A DNA stretch of 64,000 bases. Origin: Dimorphilus gyrociliatus. Lineage: Eukaryota; Animalia; Annelida. The notes below the pieces were generated by a model. The model did no database searches and was not told the origin of the DNA. It saw only the letters and a list, made by a program, of their open reading frames with translations. Numbering within the stretch: the stretch's first letter is position 1; each line of letters begins with the position of its first letter. Positions 51,797 to 64,000 of the stretch are shown piece after piece. The translations under genes were made by a program, and so were the position numbers. The DNA lies in contig CAJFCJ010000033.1 of NCBI GenBank assembly GCA_904063045.1, forward strand, positions 135,573 through 199,572, written 5' to 3'.

Positions 51797-52588
51797 TTAA
51801 TATCTAAGGTAACTACGATATTCTTGGGTTGACAGTGAAGGATCGTAGTTTTTCATACTTCGCTCTCTTTCTAATCTTCTACCATAACTGCTTACATCGT
51901 GTCGATTTGGACCAAATTGAGGAGTGTTCAACGATCTCCAATTTTGACGAAAACTAAGAGGACCAGCCGATGGTGGAAATTTGGCTTCGTCGTACAAACG
52001 AACCAAGCCGTCGACGTAACAAACTCTATGTCCTCCATGGCCCATTACCTCTTTGACGTTTCTCCAACAAGATCCATGACTACCGTAACGCTCCTTGGCC
52101 GGACCGTAATCAGGATATCTGTATGCAACCTTCTGGATGAGCTCTTCGTATTTTCGACCGTGCTCAGTTCGTGCATGATCTTCCTGGGAAAATAAATAAC
52201 TATTAGCTGTTGGCGGTGCTGATTTTGGTCTGGACGGTTTCATTTTGGTGGCGAGATCGGCCACTTGCTTTTCCCATTTCTCCCATGCGTGTTTGCATGT
52301 GTCAGGATTACGGCAACCACAAAACTCTTTCTCCGGATCTACATCCTCCTCCTCCTCGTTCCATAAGCATTTGCGTATTTTTCTCGTATGAGGAAGGAAT
52401 CCCCAAAAATGACTGCGATGATTAGCATCGGGAGCATAGCTTCTAGGCTCCGAAAATTGCCTACTTACAGGCCTGAAAATGTTAGGAAAAGAATAAAGAA
52501 GAAATCTTACTTTAGGAATTGCAGGTAAGGTTTTCGAGAGAGGTCTCCTCATGTCAATCCTATTTTGCATCTTAACCCATTCACTCAT
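51797..52588 (-). CDS. Uncharacterised 263-aa protein; possibly a ciliary/sperm microtubule-inner-protein-like product
   Basis: Long open frame with exon-like composition, an upstream acceptor at about 52605 and an ATG just inside. The Tyr/Arg/Pro-rich C-terminus ending LSTQEYRSYLRY resembles Mn-type MIP repeats (inference). No family was recognised with confidence. Confidence 0.6.
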   Translation of the reverse strand: MSEWVKMQNRIDMRRPLSKTLPAIPKVRFLLYSFPNIFRPVSRQFSEPRSYAPDANHRSHFWGFLPHTRKIRKCLWNEEEEDVDPEKEFCGCRNPDTCKHAWEKWEKQVADLATKMKPSRPKSAPPTANSYLFSQEDHARTEHGRKYEELIQKVAYRYPDYGPAKERYGSHGSCWRNVKEVMGHGGHRVCYVDGLVRLYDEAKFPPSAGPLSFRQNWRSLNTPQFGPNRHDVSSYGRRLERERSMKNYDPSLSTQEYRSYLRY

Positions 52589-55546
52589 TGCAGAATAGGC
52601 CGTACTAAGGAATTAATTTGCTTTAAGGACATTAATGAGTAAACACTAAAGAGTTAGCTTTCTTTATTCTATTCTCTATAATTCGTTTATGTAAATTAAA
52701 TGTTTAAAAAAGAGGAAATTATATTTTATATTTTCATCGATTATTTTTTAAGCTTGTGCAATTAGTATCGAATGCTAGAAACAACATTAGAACGACCTAG
52801 TTTGCGAATAGACATACTATTAAAGAAAATAAACTATAAAGAGAACACGTGATCATTGAATTTATACAGTTATATTATTTACACTACTTGTTTGATTTAT
52901 CGTTCTTACTTCGATCGGGAGAACGGACGAAAGTGACCGCTTTGGTAGCGAGTTTTATCGTAGTCCGTACCCGAAGTCATATCAATGCTTCTTACTCCAA
53001 AAATAAAATGCAAAAAGAAAGATATGAATAGAAAGGTCTGGGAGGTTGCCAACGACAAAGATTATTGTCAGATTAAAAACTGATCCCGTTAGGGGGTAGG
53101 TTAGAATATCTACATAATTTACTCGTCACATTTACATGTACTATTGATTGATATGCTATTTACGGTGATCGAAGCTTTTTCCTATCTCTTTCTGAACGAG
53201 AATTGTTAAACAGATACATAACTGTATATAAATGTTGCATTAGCTGTATAAAGAGAAGTTTATTGGATAATTATGGTCCACTTGACAGAATATTTCCAGG
53301 TTTAAACTGATTAGAATATAAATCGAAGCCTATAGGTCTAATTAATCGATTAATCTGGTAAAAAACGAATTTTCAATCCACAATTGACATGAAGAGAGGG
53401 CAAAGAAAACCTTTATCCCCTAATTTTTCTCTTTTGGATATTAAGTTTCAAAATTTTTAAGTAGTCCAACCTACCTGTTCTCCATAAATAATTTCGGATC
53501 GGTACTCATAATAACCGATATTGTTGAAATTTGTATTCCTATTTTCAAACGGCTATCCTATAATGATTAGAATTTCTCTGTCAGTCGATTAATTTTGCTT
53601 TTGTGTGGAGAGAAAAAGTCCCGACCTCCTCCAGATGGCGCCAAGCCAAGAGTCAACCCTATTGTAGGAGAGGAAATTAAGATATTTTTTCTCTACCAGA
53701 ATGTAGTTGATTAGTTTGCTATATTGTGTTTCATGGAATCGTTTGGGAATATATATTTGTATATATATACAGAAACTATGTATTATATATAACATACCCG
53801 CTTTTTCCCAGCATCTGGATAAGAAGGTAAAAATATAATTTGTATAAACAATAAGAAATTTCCTCTTTGTCTCTCTCGCTTTAAGTAGTAAATATAGGAT
53901 GGGTAAAAAGAGAATTATTAGTTCAATAGTTTATTAGTTCGGTTTGTTTTCTTTAATTATTCATCCGATCCATCGATGGAATAGAGTACGAAATTATACA
54001 TAATACTCTTTTAAGGATTTATGTGTGTTAATTTAGAACTTGGTCATTGTTTTTCATTCACTCTTTCTCTCTCTCTCTCTCTCTCTCACTTTCACTCTTT
54101 TACTTAAATATAAAAATATGTGAAAAAAATTCAAGTATCCACTTAAGAGAAAAAGAAAAAAAAAAGCTACTAAATAATTGATAAACAGTTTTCTAAGTTA
54201 AAGATAAAATTTATTGTATAAACACTTGAACTATGTTAAGAATGTAATATAAATAAAATATTAAGTTTTTTAATAGAAATTTGATAATATTTAAAGAGAA
54301 AGGTATAATATGTACATTTTTTATTATTATTTTAAATCAATAACTATTGAGAAACTATTAACTGTGCGGAGATTTAATCTTAGTATTATTGCAAACAAAT
54401 CAATTGCTTAGTGACAAACTTACGGGTGTCTATTAGTAAGCATATAGATGTTGAGTAAAAGTTGTTTGTTGAGCTTGCGAGTCTATTTGTGTATGATATT
54501 GCTATTTTTATTGAATTTAATTATATATTACGAGCAAAAAAATAATATCATATGGCTTACAAGAGCCAACTGTCTACTGTTACTGATATAGAGATATCGA
54601 TAAAGAAAGGATAGTTTCGTTTTAATAGATGGCGCTTTAAAAAAGATTTATAGAGATAATGAGCTTATCAAGAGGGCAGATGGCGTTGAAATTCGCGCTT
54701 CGAAGCAATTCGTAATGAAAATTCAATTTGATCAAAATTGGCGTCGAAAGGTAAGCTGTCAGGTCAATCAAAAATCGATTCTCTGATCGAAATTTCAAAT
54801 ATTCTGAAATGATAATGAATTTATTGATTTCTCTCTAATGTTGCTATTGTTTCCGATCATTTGCGTGTCATTCGTATTAATTGCCAGATTCTATAAATAA
54901 TATTCAGCTATATTCAATTCTTTATTGTATTGAATATTTACAATCAGTCAAAGTGTTTAGTCGAGCCTGAAAAGGCAGAGATATCGATCAAGGTAGATAA
55001 TCCTCCTGTTTTCTGAGGAATATCTCGCAAATTTTCTGTAGAAATAAAATAAAAATTAAGGAGTGAGAGGCTTTTGAAAAGTGAAACACAAAAATAACTA
55101 ACTAATTTTCAGAAACGAAATGAGTACTGCCCGGATATAGGCAACTTGTATATGTTTATGTTTACATAGGGTATAATACCTATATCCGTGCGTGAGCGTG
55201 AGTATAAAAGAGAGAAAGAGAGGGGGAGGGGAAGAGAAAGAAAGAAAGAGAGAAAGAGACAGAGCGATAGACAGAAAAAGATTACAGGAAGAGTACTATA
55301 AAAGTTAGAGTTGTCAACTGATTTAAATCTGTAAGGATAAATGATTAACGATACTTATTTATTTATTTTCAGGTCTATTTGGCCTGAAGATTTAACACTT
55401 AACAGTTAGGAATCGAATGTCTCAGGTACAGAGTATTTTATATATACACATATAATGGAAATATATATATATAGATATAGTTTATTTTTTATCTTATCTT
55501 CTTTTCAACTTAAAGAATTTATGAGCTTCTCTTCAGGCAATGAAAA

Positions 55547-57517
55547 ATGGCACACATGTACGAAAGAGTGAAAGCTATTATTTCAAAATCTCCAGAGGAG
55601 AGAGGAATTAAGGAAATTCAAAGTCTACTGCCCTGGTTCAGAAAGAAATCTGAATTATTTGTTTCAGTAAAGGACGGTAAGTAAACTTGGCTTTTTGCTT
55701 TGTAATCTATCTAATTCATAATTTGCCGACCCTTTAATTTCTTATGGGGATTATCTATTTTTAGGGTTTAGAAGGGTTCGAGTTGTATTTTTATAGATTA
55801 TAAATCTTTTATATAGTCTGTAAATAAATTTATTTATAGATATCAATAAGCTTACTAATCACAGCAACTAACTGACTGGTAAAAAGGGCGATAAAATATT
55901 TCAATTAATGAACATAAACGTGGAATTAACCGCTTATATAATTCGTATATACTATTAAAAAACCTTTTACGATTGCGGTTATATTTATTTTATAACCGAA
56001 AAGATTATTTAAAAAATTGTCTTTAAGGAGAAAGAGAATACAGAAAAATCCTTATTTAAATCGCCTATTCATTTTCAATACATTCTTTAGATTTCTTAAC
56101 GCTCTTTCTATTATATATTGCATTTGTATATATATATATATATATTCTCATTTTGTCTTTCTTGCATTTAATATAATATTTCATATAGATTGGAAAAAAA
56201 TTCGTGTGAAAGTTAAAAATTATAATTCAAGGAAGTCGTTCTATTGTTTAATAATGAAAGATCAGTATATTGATCGCCTTATCCCGCTGTTCAAATCCAA
56301 TCAAAATTTACTGTGGCGTTTGAGAGTAGATTGATCTATTAATAAAAAATAGAAAAGTGCGCTGGGAATAATTCATATAATCTTCGAGTGCCTCCTTTTT
56401 TTTTTATGAACGCCGTTCGCAAACCGTTGTCAAAATAGAACAGAAAAGTGAATAGTAGCCAATCGAGTATTTTTGCAAACAAATATTGTAGGCGACTGTA
56501 AATCTTATCTAGCGATAACGTTTTTGTAATGAATTTTTAAATGTTCTATTATCGCGTTTTCAATTTGTGCATACTTTTTTTTTATTATTTAATTCATTTA
56601 AATTTTTTTTAGATGTTCTTATCGATATCGTTAGAAATTGCGAATTTTGTACAAGGCATAGAGATTTTGTTATTATTAAACAAGGAGAAATAGGGGATTG
56701 GTTTGTATATTATTATTATTATTATAACATATATTATGCACAAAGTTCTCTATAATTTATTTACATATGCGTTTATTCGCAATTAAATTTTTTGCAATAG
56801 TAATCAATTGACAAGTGACATATAAGTCTCTAATTATACTTTCTCTTTTTTTTCCCTTTTTCTCTTATATTTACGTCCACCCACCGTCCTTCTCAACTTT
56901 CTATATCCCATTATAGAGATCAGTCTTGTCATTCTATTATCATCAAGTAGTACTAGTTGATAGATAACGTAGGCGTGGAACTACTTTAAAAATCACAAGT
57001 AAACTCTAAGAGTACCTGTCCATAATTTTGCATTTTAATAATTTATATTACAATATTATGTTAGTAGTTAGTTTAAGGGTAAAGATATTTATGAAAGAGA
57101 ATGAACTAAGTATTCTTTTAAGTATGTGGAATAATTTCCTCCCTTTTCTAGATTTTATAACAACATTTCCTGTTTAACATATTTCCTAATGAGATAGTTA
57201 AACAGAACGACAGATAGACAGGAGGAAGATAGAGCGAGTATTAATCCCAATAAAAATACCCCCTACCACCTTTCACCTATTTTGTTAAAATCTCTAATTA
57301 AATTCAGAGAAAAAACTCTATTATAAATCTGATAATTAGTTTTTTCGTATTTTGAGAAAATATGGTTAAGTATTCAGCAGTTTGAAGTGTTAGATTATAT
57401 TAAAAGAATTATTAATAAATATTAAAAAGTTGGTAATCGATACACCTCGTATCTCAATTAACAAAGGATCTATAATACCTTTATATATATATATTTATAC
57501 ATATATACTCTATATAA

Positions 57518-57567
<50 letters not shown>

Positions 57568-60500
57568 TCTCTCTCTCTCTCTCTCTTTACAGCTTCTATA
57601 TAATACTTAAAGGAAAAGTATCCATATTCATTAACAATCAAATATCGGATGAGGAAGATGAGTCGAAAATTGCAGAAAAGTCTAAAGAGACAGACGCGGC
57701 ATATAAAGAGGGAAAAGAGTTGGATAGATCGAAATTTGGTAATTATATAGCTCCTATTGAAACTGGTAAAAGTTTTGGAGAATTGGCCCTAATAAGCAAG
57801 GATTGCGTTAGAAACGCTTCAATTATTGCTGATGAGACAACGGATTTATTAGTTGTAAATAGAGCTTTATATAACAGATCATTAAAAGCTGCCCAGGTCG
57901 CTGAGTTTGAGGTATTTAAAAAATACTTTCTATATAAATATTATATTATTTTCAATCTTATTGTTTGTTTTCGATAAACATGTGACAGTATAAGAATAGT
58001 CAAATCTTATAAGTACATTTACCCGAATAATTATGTTATTAAACTATTTTTCGGTCAATCACGTGACCTATAAGAGAATCTTTTATTTATATTTAATATT
58101 TATATATACTTAACTTAATTTAATAATAATAATAATAATAATAACGTAATTTTGTTATTTCTTCTTATACAGGAACGTACAAAGTTTGTTACCGAAAATC
58201 CTCTATTTCAAAATTGGGCTCATAAACATAAAAAACAATTGGCTTTTAGTTTAAGAAAGCTTAAATTTCAATTCGATAGTTATATCGTTAAACAGGGAGA
58301 TAAGGCGGACGTAATGTATTTTTTACTCAAGTAAGTAATCTTATTGATTTCAGATTGAACCACTTAGTTTTTCTTATCAAATTTAATAAAAATTTTAATT
58401 TTATTGATTAATATTTTATACGAAAAAAAAAGGTATAAAGCTAATTATTAATATATACAGAGGTCAAGCAAAATTAATGGTTGAACCTCAACAATTAAGC
58501 CTTCAGTATTCCAGTCTTCAACAAGCATCAGACGCTCAAGATCCAGCAAGTGCTGAGGTGGCCCAATTAGTTGCCAGGTATAATTAATTAAACTCTATTA
58601 GATATTACTCTAAAATATAATTCCGATAATCAATCACTATCTTGCACTTTTACGTATTGTAATTAAACTCATTATCTTATATAATTTGAAACCGTCTATT
58701 CATTCACTTAATTGATAATTAATTAATTAACTATCGGAACTGTTTTTTTTTGTTGGCTCATTCTAGCACGAAGAAACATCCGTCAGTTTCTCCGATACCC
58801 AATGAACATACCCTAATTATCACTCCTTCCGCACTCCGAAGACACGAGACCGTTAAGAAGCCTATAGAAATGTCAATTGTTGGTAGTAAAGAGATTATCG
58901 GTGATACGGAATTTGCTTTAGACATGAACACTTATATACAAAGCGTTGTTTGTACTCAAGTAACCGATGTTTTTGCCTTGGATATGAAGAATTACGAACG
59001 ATTGATTACTAAAAGAAATCCAAAAACAATTGAATTGTTAAAAGAAGGCGCCGAATTGAAATTGACGTCTCGCGTTGGAAGATTGCAAGAGAATACGGCT
59101 CCTCTTCTAAAGAGTATTCTGCAAAAATTAAAAAATGCGTCTAAACAACCAAAACGTCAACATAGGCAAACGAACGAAGACCATTTAAATTATGAATTCT
59201 CTCCTCAGAGGGGGCCGTTAATTGACTTATACGGCCCTGGTACCGTTTTTTATAGGAATAAGATGAGAGAAAAGGCTAAACAAGCTAAATTATCAAAACC
59301 TCAGTTTAGAAACGCTCCTAGATTTGGTCTCAATGCTCCAGCAATACCTGCGGCAACCGAGACGGTAGAGGAGATTGACGAAAGATTAAATAGGGGTTAT
59401 ACAAATCTTTTAGCGGATAAAAATGAAACTTTCCTAACGAAGGCGCACGAAGCAGTTCACTTGAACGAAGACGCCAAAACGTTGCAGAAAAATGGCAAGG
59501 GTAAAGGAACATTTAACGATTTTGAATCGAGTGATAGAGCCTTAACAGTTCTGGAGGAGAGAATAGCTGCCTGGCATGCGGCCGTCGTTGAATCCAATAA
59601 TAAAAAGCCAAAGTCCATTACCAAATTACACAGAGTGAATATCGATGTATGTAATAATGTATTTTTTTTTTAGATTAATTCCATATAAATTTACAAGTAA
59701 ATATATACACCACTTTTGATAAATCTATTAGGATAATAAAGATTTAAAACCTGGAAAAAAGATTGTACTTAGAAGGAGAAAGCCTGGAAAACCTCGCGTA
59801 GTGTTCGATGGTAATTCAGAGGAGGAGAATGAAGAAGAGGAAGAACCTGTAAAAAATACAACTAGAAGGGCAAAAAGTGTAACTGAAGGATTTGGTCATT
59901 CGGACACAGACGATAGCTGTAAGTTAAAAAATAAATATAAAAAAATCATGTCAACAACTCGAAACAAACAAATTTTAATGGCAAGTTATAAAAGTGATAG
60001 CTTGTAAAGATACTATTTTTTTATAATATATACAAAGAAAATTGGGATATAATTTCTTTCTGTTTAAAGAGAAAATCTAACTGCTCTTCCTGCCACTTTG
60101 TATCCAAAAATTCTGCACTTTGAATGATTGTAGTCACATTAAGAATGATTTATACTATTTAGATGACGGCTGTGAATTCGATTCCTCAAAATCTGGCCGG
60201 CGCACAACTTGCACGAGCAAATCACCCACCCGTTTTATTTTTCGTTTGAAAAAGGTATATTTCTGAGCTTAACAGCTTCCTGTAGAGAGTTCTATGATCA
60301 CTTTCTTCGTGGCAGGAGCAACAGATTAACATCATATTTAGCAATGCAAATGATATACATACTTTTCCCTTTTGACAAACATAGACTGAGTAAAAAACAA
60401 CTCATTCTTGCATTTCTACAGAAAGAGAGAGAGAAAGAGATTATTTATCCAATATCTTCTTTTTTAGAATACTTTATTATTATTATTATTTTTATTATTA

Positions 60501-62322
60501 TTATTATTATTATTATTTTATTCCCTTTTAAACGTATTTTCAGCCCTTCGTTTATCAAAAAAATTCCTATATCATTTTTTTTCTCTCAATGATTTATATC
60601 GATGCTCTGCGCTACATTCTTTATCTCTTTTTATCACTCTATTTCTCCATATCTTTCTCTTTTTTTTAATTTTTATCTCTTAATAATTGGCACGAACCAT
60701 CATCAGGTGGTGGGAAAGGGTTGTTATATGCACTGTTTTAATTGAGGTTAATCTGTCAAAAAAAACAAAACAATATATGTATGTAAATATATATATTAGT
60801 AATATATATATTTATATATACAATCCGCGACAAAAATGTCCATATATGGAAAAAAAAAAGAAATTTTTTTCAAAAAATTGTTTTTCTGTAATTTTGAGGA
60901 ATAGAATTATTTTTTCTTAAATAGAATTACGTTGTTTAAAAGGTATTTTATATAATTTAATAAAATATTTCTTTTTTTCAGCTTTTCTAAAACATTTTTT
61001 AAAGTGCGCCATAAATATCCATATAAACATGTTCTTTGTCTAAAAAATTTGTAGAACATTCGAATTTCGAACAATTTGCAATTAGCAGACAATTCTTTCA
61101 ACTTAGTAGTTGAAATGAAATACCATACCCAAAAGCAGATAAGAGAGCTTGGAAGACAGAAAAAAATGCATAGGACCTATGATGAACTGGAAGGGGATTT
61201 GAACATCCCTCGGTCATCTATGCAATATATTTGTGAAAATAAAGGGGAGGGACAACTTGAGAGAAGGGGAAGACCATCCAAACTAAGAGAAAGAGCAAAG
61301 TCCCTAATTAGAAGAGAGTATGCAAGACTGCAGGAAAGGAGAGAACTAGCAACTGCTAATAAAATTAAGCAGAATTTAGGGCTGCTAACTTGGTAACTTG
61401 ATGATAGGCCAAAACTTTCTAGGGACAAGGTCCCTGTTGGTGGAGGAGGAGTGATGGTACAGGGATGTATATCCTTAGATGATGAAGTTTTCATCCAAAG
61501 ACTTCCCTCTAACATCACTGGAGAAATTTACTCTGAATTCATTCAGGGAACAATTTTTCCAATGCTGAGGGAAAAATTTGGTGAACACTTCATCTGGCAG
61601 CAGGATAATGCACCTCCACACACTGTCAGAGTAACAATCGATACCTCTAGATTGGCCTCCCTATCCTCCAGATCTCAACCCAATAGAAAATTTGTGAGGT
61701 TTTTTAAAACTAAAAGTTTACGAAATTTGTAGATCTCAAACACTCGACCATTTATGGAACAAAATAAAACAAGAAGTGGAAGAAATAAATAGAAACAATA
61801 GAGTCTATGTAAAGCATTTATATGAAGGAGTAGGAGATAGTCTTTGGCAGGTTATATGGATATTTTTGGCGCACTATATTTTTTATTATTTTTTAAGATT
61901 ATTAAACATTCAATTAAAAAAAATATTTTTTTCAGCAACTGAATCCAAATTTCAATTTCAGACATATTCTTAAACAAATATTTAAAACAAAAACAAAAGA
62001 ATTCGTTTTAGAAATCCAAAAAAAAAGCTCTTTTATCAAAAAAATATATTTTTTTTCATATATGGATATTTTTGTCGCGGACTGTATATATATATATATG
62101 TAATTATTTTAAAAAAAATTGTGTGTATTAAATTTTATTATCATTTAAAAAATGTATAACAAATTTGTTTAACGCATAATAGATAATTCATTCTCTCTTT
62201 AACAACAGAAGAGAACCAGACGTCAATATACTGCTGAAGAGTATGCAGAGTTGAAAAAGACAATGGTGGAAAAACAGCGCTCCCTTGCTAAAACTCTACT
62301 AACTAGTAGTAGTTTATTTTAG
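55547..62322 (+). CDS. Protein with two cyclic-nucleotide-binding domains (CNBD2/CRIS-like)
   Basis: ATG 55547 (MAHMYERVKAII). CNB-A: VIIKQGEIGDCFYIILKG..SFGELALISKDCVRNASIIA. CNB-B: YIVKQGDKADVMYFLLKG..IIGDTEFAL (lacks the phosphate-binding Arg). Splicing continues beyond the ORF track: donor 59919, exon 60163-60254, last exon 62209-62322 (KRTRRQYTAEEYAELKK..SSLF*). Confidence 0.85.
57521..57586. repeat. Compound (TA)n-(TC)n microsatellite serving as polypyrimidine tract
   Basis: The TA run then TC run ends directly at the ttacag acceptor of a CNB exon. Confidence 0.9.
60821..62084 (+). mobile_element. Decayed Tc1/mariner DNA transposon (DD34E, IR/DR type), 1264 bp, in the last intron of the CNB gene
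   Basis: TA flanks on both sides. Terminal IRs caatccgcgacaaaaatgtccatatatg (60821) and, reverse-complemented, cagtccgcgacaaaaatatccatatatg (62084). A second inner repeat pair agtgcgcca(t/a)aaatatccatataa lies at about 61003-61026 and 61853-61876. Confidence 0.93.
61115..61860 (+). pseudogene. Inactivated Tc1 transposase
   Basis: HTH region and GRPSK motif, stop at 61394-61396. The segment with the first catalytic Asp (SDE) is missing. GGGVMVQGC and WQQDNAPPHT are present; WPPYPPDLNPIENL is in a shifted frame and followed by TGA. Confidence 0.9.
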
Positions 62323-62381
62323 TAAAGAAAAATAACAATGACTTCTTGGCATTCTCTCAGTATTCAACGACAAAGTACTCC

Positions 62382-63114
62382 CTAATCTATATATCCTCTG
62401 TCGTTTAGAGGCCATATTTTGTAAAAAGCTCGACTCTGTATTAGACCGTACGGTATTGGACCAAAATTTCTAGAATCCGACGAATTTCTCGAATTGTCGC
62501 CCTCTATCCAAACATGACCTCTTGGTATCTGGAAAAATTGGATTATTTTTACAAAAAAATTCTTATTGTTTCAAAAGACCTTTTTTTTTCAAATACACTT
62601 TTAATTTAAAAAAAATAAAGAACAATTTATACAATGTAAACATTCTTTGTTTTTCAAAATAAACCTATCACAGTTGTAAAACGACTGGATAAAAGTAATT
62701 TTACCGTTTTACTAGAAAATAGTCCTGAGATACGATCACCAGATAGTGCGGTTATCCTTTTACACAAGAGAACATTTGGATTTTTAGGAGACTTAACGAT
62801 AACCACATCACCCCTGCAAAAAAATGTTTGGGTTATTCAAATTTTCAATACAACTTTAACAATTTTCAACAAACTTTCTTAATTTTTCTTTTATCACACT
62901 TCTATTCTCAATCAATAGAACATCTTTTTCGTAAATAGCTGGTTCCATTGACGGTCCGAAGCACTATTTTTGTCGATCTCTTTCAATTTTCAAAGATTAC
63001 GCAATATAATGTATAACTTACAACAACGAAACTTCCTACATTTTCCTTAAGTAAATGTCCAATGCAAAAGAATTGTAAGCAAGCTATTGAACCTCTGAGA
63101 AACTTTGAAAACAT
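62382..63114 (-). CDS. IMMP1L: Mitochondrial inner membrane protease subunit 1 (S26), 4 exons
   Basis: Absent from the ORF track because the exons are short. [14 protein letters not shown]|CFGPSMEP (catalytic Ser), [20 protein letters not shown] (catalytic Lys), [41 protein letters not shown]; stop 62382-62384. Confidence 0.93.
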
Positions 63115-63235
63115 TTACAACTGTCAAAAGATTATTTCATCAGAAGCGTGATCGCGCTGCACTACAAATATTTTGCCCTGTCATGTGACTTTGCTTTTGG
63201 AGTAGACCGCATCGAAATTTTAAACGTTAACAATT
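63115..63235. promoter_or_regulatory. Very compact bidirectional promoter IMMP1L/PEX16
   Basis: 121 bp between divergent ATGs; contains GTCATGTGAC (M-box/E-box) at 63180-63189 and ACTACAA at 63161. Confidence 0.7.
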
Positions 63236-64000
63236 ATGGATAAATTGGCTGAACTTAAGACTAGATACCAGCAGTTTGTAGCAAAAAATCCTGTATTAGT
63301 AGGCCAAGCCGAGAGTACTTTCCGAGTGTTATCCCTTCTCGTTCGAGGTTTGTCTTAGAACTGTTGAAATTAAACGATTAGAAGTTATTTTATCTTCTTT
63401 TCGTGCGGTTCATTTTGTCCAGTATCTAAACGAATTTCACTTTTGGTCTGAGTGTTAATTAAATCTCCACAGGCGATGGATCGAAAGTCAAAATACTAAT
63501 TTCCGAGTTGTTTTCGTCCGCCTCATCACTCCTGACTCTTCTAAACGACTGTATTCTAAGACAGACCTACAATTTGACCCCCGATACGGTATTAAACACA
63601 TGCCGTTCAACTTCTCAATTAAATTACCACATTCAAATCATTACAGAAATGCTCATCTTCAAAAATAACCCTATATTTAACTATAATTGAATATGTTCAA
63701 GTGGTCGTTGAACTTACTATGCAAGTTTCCTTTGGATCAGGATTGAGATGGGCCCTAGTTGTTCTCCTGCAATTTTTTAAGTACCTGATTCACCTTCTCT
63801 TCAATCTATCACTACACATATATATTTTCTGTTAATTATAAAATTCTATCCCATAGAACCGGATTAAGGCTTTTACTATTGTTCAAATCCAACACTGGTC
63901 TTCTGTGCGTACCACCCCTGCCTCCCTTAAAACGGCAAGAAGACTTGTCGGCACAAAACACAGAAGTAAAACAGAATACGTTTGTACTTGAAAGATAAAA
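63236..64000 (+). CDS. PEX16: Peroxisomal membrane biogenesis factor 16, 5' part; runs off window
   Basis: MDKLAELKTRYQQFVAKNPVLVGQAESTFRVLS..SELFSSASSLLTLLNDCILR..LTIIEYVQVVVE..RWALVVLLQFFK..RLLLLF..PPLPPLKR parallels the human PEX16 N-terminus. Confidence 0.9.

Noticed and set aside
61177-61518. 113-aa minus-strand ORF and other antisense ORFs (36506-36712, 37509-37821, 47784-48065, 51899-52425, 59330-59512)
   Set aside because: Antisense or alternate-frame shadows of real coding sequence.
1-62322. Cyclic-nucleotide signalling cluster (AKAP10, GPCR, two rGCs, CNB protein)
   Set aside because: These are large families in a gene-dense genome, interspersed with unrelated genes; no shared regulatory signature was seen, so chance is sufficient.
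1-64000. CRISPR arrays, rRNA, snRNA, prokaryotic operons or contamination
   Set aside because: No spaced direct repeats or RNA-gene signatures were seen. The bacterial-like enzymes carry spliceosomal introns and are embedded among metazoan genes.

Overview
AT-rich (~30% GC by eye), gene-dense animal DNA with many short GT-AG introns (mostly 50-70 nt) and TA/GA microsatellites. The style fits a compact lophotrochozoan genome such as a miniaturised annelid (inference only). No prokaryotic features, CRISPR, rRNA or tRNA were found. Hand-spliced gene order: AKAP10 (3' part, +); SLC37A4/G6PT (+); an atypical rhodopsin-class GPCR (-); two tandem receptor guanylyl cyclases (-); a 10-exon phosphonopyruvate decarboxylase with a mitochondrial-type presequence (-), head-to-head with an SH3-PX-BAR sorting nexin (+); a one-intron Sulfotransfer_3-type sulfotransferase (+); a small secreted protein made only of an ITIH C-terminal-like domain (+); a divergent intron-poor CLUH/clueless-like gene (-); an unexplained spliced interval; an uncharacterised 263-aa ORF (-); a two-CNB-domain protein (+) whose last intron holds a decayed IR/DR-type Tc1 transposon; IMMP1L (-), head-to-head with PEX16 (5' part, +). 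Most notable: animal phosphonate biosynthesis with probable mitochondrial targeting; a strong excess of TA-CAG-TA/TA-CTG-TA motifs matching Tc1 excision footprints; the orphan ITIH-C and CLU-like proteins; and several hidden alternative exons in the sorting nexin. All exon structures were derived by eye and need RNA-seq confirmation.
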